Below, piece by piece: positions 1 to 11,200 of a stretch of 64,000 nt of DNA. Source of the DNA: Macrostomum lignano. Lineage: Eukaryota. The notes beneath the pieces were generated by a model. The model did not search any database. It saw only the letters and a list, made by a program, of their open reading frames with translations, and had not been told where the DNA came from. Numbering within the stretch: position 1 is the stretch's first letter; every line of letters begins with the position of its first letter. The stretch spans positions 62,001 to 126,000 of the forward strand of contig NIVC01000455.1 in the NCBI GenBank assembly GCA_002269645.1, in the 5' to 3' direction. The translations under genes and the position numbers were made by a program.

Positions 1-2089
1 GGCCAACTGCCTGACCGGCCGAAATAGGCAGCGGCCGCGGCTGCTGATCTACGTTAGCCAGGAGAGCGAGAGCGGTGCGGGACCCTTCATGCTTCATGTT
101 CCTATGAGCTAGCATATGACCTGAAGTGCCTGAAGTGTGCACCCCAATGGCTCAAGTGGACAGACACTCCTGTGCTTCATCTGATGTGCTTCATGATGAT
201 CAGTTGCTCCAATAACCATGGGAACAATGAACCATGACCCAGTGACCCTATGACCCAGTGACCCTATGACCCAGTGACCCTATGACCCAGTGACCCTATG
301 ACCCAGTGACCCTATGACCCAGTGACCCTATGACCCAGTGACCCTATGACCCAGTGACCCTATGACCCAGTGACCCTATGACCCAGTGACCCTATGACCC
401 AGTGACCCTATGACCCAGTGACCCTATGACCCAGTGACCCTATGACCCAGTGACCCTATGACCCAGTGACCCTATGACCCAGTGACCCTATGACCCAATG
501 ACCCTATGACCCCTGACCCAATATTGCAGTGTTCCACCCGGTGTACCCAATGACCCCTGACCCAATATTGCAGTGTTCCACCCGGTGTACCCAATGACCC
601 CTGACCCAATATTGCAGTGTTCCACCCGGTGTACCCAATGACCCCTGACCCAATATTGCAGTGTTCCACCCGGTGTACCCAATGACCCCTGACCCAATAT
701 TGCAGTGTTCCACCCGGTGTACCCAATGACCCCTGACCCAATATTGCAGTGTTCCACCCGGTGTACCCAATGACCCCTGACCCAATATTGCAGTGTTCCA
801 CCCGGTGTACCCAATGACCCCTGACCCAATATTGCAGTGTTCCACCCGGTGTACCCAATGACTCCTGACCCAATATTGCAGTGTTCCACCCGGTGTACCC
901 AATGACCCCTGACCCAATATTGCAGTGTTCCACCCGGTGTACCCAATGACCCCTGACCCAATATTGCAGTGTTCCACCCGGTGTACCTGGCGCAGCTGTC
1001 GCAGGCGGAGCTCTGCTCCAAGGTGTTCGGCCTGTTCCAGTTGGATTCGGACAAAATCTCGCAGGTTTTGCTGCACGGCCCTGGCGGAATTCCCGTGAGC
1101 ATCACTGATGAGGTGAGTGCTCAGCAACGGCCTGCTGCGCTGCTGTATAGCTGGCGGGAATTTAATGGCCTCTTAAACAGCATTGGCACAGCGCTTACTT
1201 GAATAGAAAGCTGCCAGTCTCAGTGCATTCATCTTGAGCTGCCCAGTGTGCAAATTCAAGACCCTCTGGCTGCAAATGTTTAAGTGTTTTAATTACCAAC
1301 AAGCTCAAAAATCCAATTATATTTGTCACATTCGTTACCTGCTACATTTTCAAGCCTTGCTACTTTTGCTAGTAGTATCTAACTTGAGTAGCATCAACCA
1401 GCTGATTGCAGCACGTGACGGGAAACATTAGCGGGTTGGAACAGGTAAGGCTTTAAGACAGGCACAGGTGATAACTTAAGACAGGCACAAGTGAGGCCCT
1501 GAGACAGGCACAAGTGAGGCATTGAGACAGGCACAGAAAAGGCCTTGAGACAGGCACATGAGAGGCCTTGAGACAGGCACAGGTGAACCATTGAGACAGG
1601 CACAGGTGAGGCTCTGAGACAGGCACAGGTGAGGCCCTGAGACAGGCACAGGTGAGGCCCTGAGACAGGCACAGGTGAGGCCCTGAGACAGGCACAGGTG
1701 AGGCCCTGAGACAGGCACAGGTGAGGCCCTGAGACAGGCACAGGTGAGGCCCTGAGACAGGCACAGGTGAGGCCTTGAGACAGGCACAGGTGAGGCCCTG
1801 AGACAGGCACAGGTGAGGCTCTGAGACAGGCACAGGTGAGGCCCTGAGACAGGCACAGGTGAGGCCCTGAGACAGGCACAGGTGAGGCCCTGAGACAGGC
1901 ACAGGTGAGGCCCTGAGACAGGCACAGGTGACGCCCTGAGACAAGAAACCTGTCAAGACCGCAATCGCCCCGCAGTGCGTGGGTCAGATGGAGTTCGAGT
2001 CCCGCTTCTGCCTTCACACCAGCCCGGATCTCCGCCATCCGGGCCGTTTTCAAATCTTCATGCAACAGATCGGCGAGCCGAACGCCTGA
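1..2089 (+). CDS. TFCP2: TFCP2/UBP1 (LSF/CP2, Grainyhead-superfamily) transcription factor, last three coding exons (5'-partial)
   Basis: Exons <1-74, 970-1112 and 1976-2089 (TGA), joined by phase-consistent GT-AG introns (phase 1, then 0). Translation ...RPRLLIYVSQESES-VFHPVYLAQLSQAELCSKVFGLFQLDSDKISQVLLHGPGGIPVSITDE-CVGQMEFESRFCL... matches the recalled TFCP2 C-terminus (RPRLTIYVCQES...VYHAIYLEEL...QGPTGIHVLISDE). Confidence 0.85.
233..510. repeat. 16-bp minisatellite (ATGACCCAGTGACCCT)n, ~17 copies, TFCP2 intron
   Basis: Near-perfect tandem units read directly from the sequence. Confidence 0.95.
508..987. repeat. 44-bp minisatellite, 11 copies, each containing the TFCP2 splice acceptor plus the first 18 nt of the exon
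   Basis: Unit CCCCTGACCCAATATTGCAG|TGTTCCACCCGGTGTACCCAATGA. The AG ends at 529, 573 ... 969; the last copy runs into the exon. Confidence 0.95.
1455..1942. repeat. 23-bp minisatellite (GAGACAGGCACAGGTGAGGCCCT)n, ~20 copies, last TFCP2 intron
   Basis: Tandem units; each carries CAG|GTGAG on the sense strand. Confidence 0.95.
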
Positions 2090-2974
2090 AGCGGTGCCCG
2101 GCTGAGTCATTGTGGATCGTCTGATCATCTGAAACTGCGCTGCCGCTCTGCATTCTGCTGCTCATGGTGTCTGTAAGCAGACTGCTCCCTTAATTCATTC
2201 GTTAAGTCAAATGAACCCCTTTTTGATGAGGTCAAGTGACCCCACTCGACAGGGTCAATTAACCCCCACAGAATGAGGTCAGCTGACCCCCCTTGACATG
2301 GTCTAACAGTCTAACAAAAAAGTGTGTTCTATTACTGAACAGTGCGGTTTTCTCTCGGCAAATGAATACTTTTTCGCAATGTTCTTCAACACCAATAAAA
2401 AAAATTCTAGAAACGCCAAGATATGGATCAGGTGCATGGACTGCGATTCAGAAGATAGATAAGATATTGCAAACAAGCATTAACAGCTTTTTTTTGGCAT
2501 GCAACGGAGATGAAGCGTACGAGGCCATATAAAGCGTTTTGAATTGGTATTACTTTTGTTTCTCCATAAACTTTTCATATTTTTCCCTAATGGACCCGTA
2601 TCTTGCGTCCGTTTAAATTTCATGTGCTATGTATTGCGTAAATAAACCTTCTTATTAGGCCAAAGCAATTTTGTTAGTGATGATTTTATTACGAAGTAAA
2701 AGGCATAAATGATTTAAGTTGAATGAATTTAGCTGTATTAATTCCGTTTTTTCTTCACATGATAACGTTTGTAGTGTATCTACTATAATGCGAAATTATT
2801 TTAGAGAATGTAATTTTTTGTGTTCGTGTGTTTCTTGATTTGCTGCTTAAGAATCAATGGTAAGAATCTATTGGGTCTGGATTGAGGTGGTTGGCTATGT
2901 GGGGCTGGGAGTGGGGGCAGTTGTCCATGGGCAGGAAGAGAAGCGGCAGGGCAGCAGGCAGGAAGGTTCAAGTT

Positions 2975-3430
2975 GGCTATGAGGGGCAGGGAAAGAGGGG
3001 GTGGCCATGAAAGTCAGGGAGTCTGGTGGTTGGCCATGGGAGCAGGGAAAGAGGGGGTGGCCATGAAAGTCAGGGAGTGGGGTGGTTGGCCATTGGGGCA
3101 GGGTGAGAGGGGGTGGCTATGAGGGGCAGGGAGTGGGGTGGTTGGCCATAGGGCAGGGGGAGAGGGGGTGGCCATGAAAGTCAGGGAGTCTGGTGGTTGG
3201 CCATGGAGGCAGGGAGAGAGGGGTGGCTATGAAAGTCAGGAATTCTGGTGGTTGTCTATAGGGGCATGGAGAGAGGGGGTGGCCATGAGAGGCAGGGAGT
3301 GGGGTGGTTGGCCATTGGGGCAGGGTGAGAGGGGGTGGCTATGAGGGGCAGGGAGTGGGGTGGTTGGCCATAGGGCAGGGGGAGAGGAGGTGTATACAAA
3401 AGTCAGGAAGAGGGGTGGTTAGTCATGGAA
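2975..3430. repeat. Degenerate G-rich ~60-bp tandem repeat
   Basis: Recurring GGTGGTTGGCCAT...GGGGCAGGG...GAGAGGGGGTGGC motifs. Confidence 0.75.
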
Positions 3431-4549
3431 GCAGGTAGAGAGGGGCTTGTTTTTATAATTTGGCTGTTTTTTCAGCCTGTTCTCTAGTTGCATCGCGTGC
3501 ATTAAGTTGCTGTTAGTCGGGTGTCGCTGCTAAAAGCGTACAATGATGCGAGTAGCCAATAGTAGTTGGACAGTGGAGATTTCTATCACCGACCCACATT
3601 GTCTTGTAGATGGCCAGTACATATAATTTGTCTATCATAATTCTCCTTGGCTACATGTCGTGCTAACATTAGCATATTTGCGTTTAGAGGTTGCCTCGAA
3701 CTACCCGCAGTTGAGCCGAGTTGCACTAACTGAACTTGTGGCTTCAATTTTCTAATATAGCATTGCTGTTTCTCTCGATTCCGTGCTTTTTCTGCGCAAG
3801 TCAGTGATATTCATTTCGCCTTGGCAATAAATCGTTAATCGTATTAAACGTCTTTTGTTTCATTGAAGGAGGAAAGTTGAATTTTCCGCCTAAGAGCCTT
3901 TGCTTTCTCAGATGAGCTGAGCTGCTCAGAAACTGAGCAGTGAGGTCTGGCAGTAAGAGTGCGCGGCTAGAAGCATCTGCTGTGTGTATTTTGCCAAGCA
4001 GCTCTTGTTTATCCGACTCGAAGCTTTGCTAAAGAAAAATAATAGAATAATAGAAGCATTAGCGTTAATGGGCTGGAAATTCAGCTCGGGGCAGAAGGAG
4101 AAGTGCTGGCGTTCTGGGCCTGCATGCGCTCTGCCGAGCAGCAAAAGGAATAGACGGTTGTAGAAAGATGAAGCTGCTGCTTAGCATCTGTACATTGTCT
4201 GACTGCATTTGCACCCAGCAGATCACGTGACCGTTGCATTCATCTTATTGAACTGTCTGCGCGAACACAACAGCGGGCAGCTTGAGTTGCTGCTGCCAGG
4301 GCCTGGATCAGCATCTGCTGCTTTTCCAGGCCAGAAAGGTGCTTGTAAACAGCTCAGGTGGAACTCAACTTGTGACAGCCTTGCCGTTTTGCTTATTGTA
4401 TTTGGTTGCATGAAGGTCACAGTTTTTTATTTGAAATAACCAATGGCCAGAATGCACTACAGCAGTGCAGGTGTGGCCTATTGATCAGTTACTAGTAGTA
4501 CTTGTAGAAGTAAAGCTAGTAGTATCGGTAGGTAGTGACATTGGTAGGT

Positions 4550-4930
4550 AGTGTAGTAGTAGTAGTAGTAGTAGTAGCAGTAGTAGTAGTAGTAGTAGTA
4601 GTAGTAGCAGTAGTAGTAGTAGCAGTAGTAGTAGTAGTAGTAGCAGAAGTAGTAGTAGCAGAAGTAGTAGTAGCAGTAGTCGTAGTAGCAGTAGTAGTAG
4701 TAGTAGTAGCAGAAGTAGTAGTAGCAGTAGTAGTAGTAGTAGTAGCAGAAGTAGTAGTAGCAGAAGTAGTAGTAGCAGTAGTCGTAGTAGCAGTAGTAGT
4801 AGTAGTAGTAGTAGTAGTAGCAGTAGTAGTAGTAGTAGTAGCAGAAGTAGTAGTAGCAGTAGTAGTAGTAGTAGTAGTCGTAGTAGCAGTAGTAGTAGCA
4901 GTAGTAGTAGTAGTAGTAGTAGTAGTAGCC

Positions 4931-4960
<30 letters not shown>
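4550..4960. repeat. (GTA)n trinucleotide microsatellite with GCA/GAA interruptions
   Basis: Seen directly; it produces the poly-Y/L/T/V ORFs in the track. Confidence 0.97.
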
Positions 4961-4962
<2 letters not shown>

Positions 4963-5417
4963 TGTTGTTGTTGTTGTTGATGATGTTTTGTTGTTGTTTC
5001 TGCTGCTGTTGAGTGCAATAACAGTTGTACAAGTTGTAAGCCGTAGTAATTTCAAACCAACAACTGAAATGAACAGGCGCTCCCATTAGCCTTGGGCTCT
5101 TCAGCCCATAAGCCTGTTAGTTCTGCTAAATTAACACTGCATAGAATTCAAGGCAACACACCCTTCGCCATCTTCTGATGAGACCGCATTGCTAGCGTTC
5201 TGATAGTTTTGTTTACAAATTTTTTTAACTCTTTTAATATAGACTCCAAGGCTGCCTTATCGGGAACTGTCACCATTTCATGCGATTCCAGCCTGCTCTC
5301 GACTGCGATTCCTGTGGTTGTCTGCCCCCCCCCCCTCCCCGAGTCCATTTTGAGCGATAGCAGGAAATGTTTTCCCAAGATTGTCGTCTTGAGCTGCGGC
5401 TTCGTGGGGGGGATAAT

Positions 5418-5451
5418 GACAGACAGACAGACCAAGTACTGCGTGTACTTT

Positions 5452-5486
<35 letters not shown>

Positions 5487-5493
5487 GGCAGGC

Positions 5494-5586
<93 letters not shown>
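5418..5586. repeat. (GACA)n microsatellite
   Basis: Seen directly. Confidence 0.95.
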
Positions 5587-6370
5587 TTATAACTGTAAGC
5601 TGCTGAGCACAGGAAGGTGAAAGTGAGTGGCCCCAGCACAGCAGCCTGCCGTTTGTTTGAGCACCCAGCCCGCCACACGGCCTGAGCAATTCAGAGTCAC
5701 CTCTGAGGCGCAAACTCTACAATTCTGTTGACAGCAGAAAAACAGACGGACGGGCAGGTCCTCAACGCCTCCGGCCTGGGCGGCCGCGGCTGGCTTATCT
5801 GGTCCTGCGAGTGTCAGTCAGTCCGCGCCTGCGTACGGCACGGAGCGATTTCCGCTGCGGGGCTCAAGCCTTTATTTTTTATGCGCGCCCCCTTCTTTGC
5901 TTGGCCTAGGCCTGCGGCCTGAGCTGTGCAAGGTGGAGGCAGAGGAGAACCTGTGGAGCTACTTATCTTTCGCCATTCACCCGGGTCTCTCACTGAGTGG
6001 CCTGCGCTCATGGCATGCGAGCTGTAGGCAGTGAAAGCATTGCAGTAAGACCCAAGCAGGCCCGAGTTTGCACTTCGAGTGGCTCAGAGACCAGTTTAGA
6101 ATGAGTCGGGGAGCGCACAGCTGGGTCAGGTCAGCCCGTCACTCATTTCAGTTTGCAACCCTTCCCCCCAAATTCACCTCAACACGAAGAGAAGGAGTGA
6201 CAGGCAAAATACATACGCAGATCTGGCTGCAAACAGAGAATCGGCGGAGCAGCCCTTGCTCTGCATTTCCATTCACGAATTTCATGTTTTCAAGCTTTTG
6301 TGCAATCAACAGTGGTCAATATATGAATACAAGTTGGCATTAGCCCACGTGGCTTCCACCTAACTCGATC

Positions 6371-6705
6371 AATAAAACTGGCGGCCACCACCTCAACAAA
6401 TCAATAAAACTGGCGACCACCACCTCACCAAATCAATAAAACTGGTGGCCACCACCTCACCAAATCAATAAAACTGGCGGCCACCACCTCACCAAATCAA
6501 TAAAACTGGTGGCCACCACCTCACCAAATGAATAAAACTGGCGGCCACCACCTCACCAAATGAATAAAACTGGCGGCCACCACCTCACCAAATCAATAAA
6601 ACTGGCGGCCACCACCTCACCAAATGAATAAAACTGGCGGCCACCACCTCACCAAATCAATAAAACTGGCGGCCACCACCTCAACAAATCAATAAAACTG
6701 GCGGA
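6371..6705. repeat. 32-bp minisatellite, 11 copies, each with AATAAA on the + strand
   Basis: Unit AATAAAACTGGCGGCCACCACCTCACCAAATC; AATAAA at 6371, 6403 ... 6691. Confidence 0.95.
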
Positions 6706-7239
6706 CAGCAAGGATGCTGAGCTGCTTTTTGTCACTGTAGCTCGTATTGCAGTTCGCCAGCCTATCATGAAAGCTTCTATCCTGTTACTTTCACAGCCCT
6801 ATTTACTGACCTTTAAGTCAATTGGCAAGTGCCTCAAGAAGTAACAATCTGTGCTTTTAAAAAAGCAAAACCTGACAATATGCAGTTCTCTCCACTTATT
6901 CGCTGGCCTGCAAAATTTGGCCTGCATTTCTTGCGCCAAGCCGTCCCATTCATGCTCGCATTTCTGCATAGTTGGAGCTGCATTGCCAGACTCGGGAGGA
7001 CGAGTCCGACAGTGCAGCACAGGCAGCACGCCTGCCACTCAGCCTGAGTACTTTCTTTCCTTACTCCAGTGGTTGAGTCACTTTACTGAGCTGGCCCATT
7101 GCCCCAGTGCATTGTGACTCTCTTCGCTTACGGCCTAATAAAGCTCGGCAGTTGCGAGCAGCTCGGGGGCCGCCACCCACCCCCACGCGCGAATTTCGCT
7201 AGCAAGGGGGAGGGCAGCGAGAGCCAAGAGAAGGCTACG

Positions 7240-7622
7240 TCGCCAGCCAATGGCGACCCTGCTGGTCGAGAGCTGCTCCGAGCAGCCGCCCCACTCCACG
7301 TTGGACTCAGCCCAGCTAGCACACAGCCAATGCGTTTGCACCGTGAGGCAGTGGAGAGACAAAGAGGGGAGTCAGAGTGCTCAATGGAGCAGAGTGGGCC
7401 AACCATTTGATAAAAAACAGCGTTCGCACAGCCCAGCAACGCAGCAACACGCCCCCCTCCAAGCCCCGCTATCTCCGCCTCTCGCTCAGCCACTGACACT
7501 TTCAATTTTCAAATAAAGCCAAGGCTTGATTAACGACAGACCGATTCCGGGAGGGTCCAAAGCTCCTGCCGATTCTGCCTCAAGTCTTCATTTCTGCAGA
7601 CCGCTTGCTTTTTGTGCACTCC
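7240..7622 (+). promoter_or_regulatory. Probable semaphorin-5 promoter and non-coding first exon
   Basis: AGCCAAT boxes at 7247-7251 and 7327-7331, a consensus donor CC|GTAAGT at 7623, and candidate acceptors at 8041 (TTTTCTGCAG) and 8137 (TTTTTCGTTCAG) upstream of the ATG at 8278. Inferred, with no transcript data. Confidence 0.45.
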
Positions 7623-7631
7623 GTAAGTACG

Positions 7632-8002
7632 CTGCCCAGCAACTGGGGATCTGAGAGGCTGCCCAGCAACTGAGGATCTGGGAGGCTGGCTCAGCAACTG
7701 GGGATCTGGGAGGCTGGCCCAGCAACTGAGGATCTGGGAGGCTGGCCTAGCAACTGGGCATCTGGGAGGCTGGCCCAGCAACTGAGGATCTGGGAGGCTG
7801 GCCTAGCAACTGGGCATCTGGGAGGCTGGCCCAGCAACTGAGGATCTGGGAGGCTGGCCCAGCAACTAAGGATCTGGGAGGCTGGCCCAGCAACTGAGGA
7901 TCTGGGAGGCTGGCCCAGCAACTGGGGATCTGGGAGGCTGGCCCAGCAACTGGGAATCTGGGATGCTGGCGCAGCAACTGAGGATCTGCAAGGCTGGCCC
8001 TG
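7632..8002. repeat. 28-bp minisatellite (GCAACTGAGGATCTGGGAGGCTGGCCCA)n starting ~10 nt after the 7623 donor
   Basis: Seen directly. Confidence 0.93.
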
Positions 8003-8277
8003 CAAAAACCTAATTATTATTAATTGTAGAGTTTTCTGCAGAAAACGTTCTTGTGGAAAATGTCGGTGTGCGGCAGAGCCGAGGAAGAATCTTTGGTAGT
8101 TAATAAACCGCCTCATTCAATCCCATTTTTCGTTCAGGCAGTCGAAGACAGGTTCTGCAAGTTTCAGGCCGAGCGATCACCACCTGCCCAGCTGCAGCAG
8201 CCCACATGTGAGCGGCCCGGTGGTAATGCGATCCGACACCAGCAGCACAGAATGGAAGCTGACAGTCGGCAACAAAG

Positions 8278-11200
8278 ATGAAGGAAAAATTTTTACCCAA
8301 ACTCCACATTCTCGCCTTTCTGCTTGCGGTCGGCGGCCTTCTGGCTCCGGCCGGCACCTCTGCTGATGACATCACCCGGGCCGCGGGCCCCGGCGCCGAG
8401 GTGGACAGCGACGCGCCCGCCTTTGTGACCAGCGTGCAGGGTACGGCCTTGGAGATGCAGGGAGGGCAGGGTGCGGCCTTGGAGATGCAGGGAGGGCAGG
8501 GTGCGGCCTTGGAGATGCAGGGAGGGCAGGGTGCGGCCTTGGAGATGCAGGGAGGGCAGGGTGCGGCCTTGGAGATGCAGGGAGGGCAGGGTGCGGCCTT
8601 GGAGATGCAGGGAGGGCAGGGTGCGGCCTTGGAGATGCAGGGAGGGCAGGGTGCGGCCTTGGAGATGCAGGGAGGGCAGGGTGCGGCCTTGGAGATGCAG
8701 GGAGGGCAGGGTGCGGCCTTGGAGATGCAGGGAGGGCAGGGTGCGGCCTTGGAGATGCAGGGAGGGCAGGGTGCGGCCTTGGAGATGCAGGGAGGGCAGG
8801 GTGCGGCCTTGGAGATGCAGGGAGGGCAGGGTGCGGCCTTGGAGATGCAGGGAGGGCAGGGTGCGGCCTTGGAGATGCAGGGAGGGCAGGGTGCGGCCTT
8901 GGAGATGCAGGGAGGGCAGGGTGCGGCCTTGGAGATGCAGGGAGGGCAGGGTGCGGCCTTGGAGATGCAGGGAGAGCAGGTAGCGGACACAAAGATGCAG
9001 GGAGAGCAGGTAGCGGACACAAAGATGCAGGTAGAGCAGGTAGCGGACACAAAGATGCAGGGAGAGCAGGTAGCGGACACAAAGATGCAGGGAGAGCAGG
9101 TAGCGGACACAAAGATGCAGGGAGAGCAGGTAGCGGACACAAAGATGCAGGGAGAGCAGGTAGCGGACACAAAGATGCATTGAGAGCAGGGAGCGGACAC
9201 AAAGATGCAGGTAGAGCAGGGAGCGGACAAAAAGATGCAGGGAGAGCAGGGAGCGGACACAAAGATGCATTGAGAGCAGGGAGCGGACACAAAGATGCAT
9301 TGAGAGCAGGGAGCGGACAAAAAGATGCATTGAGAGCAGGGAGCGGACACAAAGATGCAGGGAGAGCAGGGAGCGGACAAAAAGATGCAGGGAGAGCAGG
9401 TAGCGGACACAAGGATGCAGGGAAAGAAGACGGAAAGGGTCAGACGCGGAACTGCAAAGAGACTGAAGCAGTTAAAAAGCAATTTTTAAATCAGGACTTC
9501 CCTTAGCCAACATAGGGCAGGCTGCAAGCTGGCACATTGCAAGATTTCCTACGCGCAAGCAATTTTAGGCCCAGCAGCGAGAGGTGCAGCTCTGTGACCC
9601 CAAGCAACCTCTTGGCTTATTTGAAAGTTCTGCAGCCAAAGTGCCAGCCATTGTTGGCTATCAGGCAGGCGCAGGGAGAGCCAACACTGACGGCTTGATA
9701 TTCCGAAGAGCAGCTAGGGCAATAGTTATCTTTCTTTTGTGCGCCAGCCTCTCTGGCTGTGCTGCTGCTGCGGTGCAACAGCGGGGAGGAAGGGTGGGGC
9801 CGCCTCGCACTGCCCCCCAAAAACTAGAAGATGCTCAAGCAAAAGCAAGACTGGCAAGGCAAGGCTTGGAGCTCTGCGCCCAACCCCCCCCCCCCCCCCC
9901 CCGGTATTCACGCTTGGCTTCTTAAGGCCGCGAGCTCAGGCATGAGCCATCATTTCTGCTGCAGAGTGGGGGTGTTAGGCTCAGCTCGGCTCGATTCTGT
10001 CACGCTTCTTTCGCTGAGGCTTTAGCAGGTGGCGGGCCGTCAGCTTTGCCCTTTTCAGGCGTCCTGCGCTGCTTTTTTTGCCAAACTGGCTGGCTGTGAC
10101 TTTGCAGTTGGTTGACTGCAAACTTTTACTGTTGGCACGCACGCAGAGGGGGCCTGAGGGCTGCGCCCGCTCCAGATCGATAAATGTTGAATATGGCGCT
10201 CTCTTCAGAAATGAATGGCAGAAACTCAACTTTTGCCCCCTCTAAAGAGAAGGGCCTCACCAAGAGACAGGAGTGCTCACCAAGAGACAGGGGCGCTCAA
10301 CAAGAGATAGGGGTGCTCACAAAGAGACAGGGGTGCTCACCAAGAGACATAAGTGCTCACCAAGAGACATGGGTGCCCACCAAGAGACAGGGGTGCTCAC
10401 CAAGAGACATGGGTGCTCACAAAGAGACAGGGGTGCTCACCAAGAGACATGGGTGCTCACAAAGAGACAGGGGTGCTCACCAAGAGACATGGGCGCTCAC
10501 AAGGACACTGGCGCCCCTTGGGGTTCGGAGTCCGGGGTTCGAACCCCCTTATCGCTAGACTTGTGACCCAGACGCGAGCTCTGCCTTGACTTGCAGGCCT
10601 GGTTGAGGCCAAGCTGGGCTCCGCATTTTCCCAGGACGGCCTGCGGAATTTCAGCCGCATCGCAGTGCCGCAGAACAAAAATGTCCGGTTCGTCTACGTG
10701 GCCGCTCAGTGAGTTCATGTCTGACTATTAGCTGGATTAGCTGATCGACTTCGCAAGTTAAATGATTTTGAAAAGCAGTTTTATCTAATGAAATCGATTT
10801 GATTGACACCTTCGCAGAAATCAGGTGGTCCGCCTGTCCCTGGAACCGTTTGAGTTGGAAAAGCGAGTCACCTGGTCGACAGGCACAACGGATAAGACCC
10901 TGCTGCAGCAGTGCCACATCAGGGGCATCTCAATGGTAGGTGGACTGGTCAATTAAACTATGGTATATTGAATCGCGACTCACAAAAGCTTTTAAGTATA
11001 TCTTAGCACTATTGCTTCACGTAAATCTCCTTGTTAGACCTGATAATCTCCTTGTTAGCCTTGATAATCTTCTTGTTAGACTTGATAATCTTCTTGTTAG
11101 ACACGAGAATCTCCTTGTTAGACACGAGAATCTCCTTGTTAGACACGAGAATCTCCGTGTTAGACACGAGAATCTCCGTGTTAGACACGAGAATCTCCGT

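Noticed and set aside
5148-5440. Minus-strand ORF end (ESILKELKKFVNKTIRTLAMRSHQKMAKGVLP) as a retroelement or gene fragment
   Set aside because: No recognisable domain and no linked exons; the ORF's length comes from the adjacent (GACA)n.
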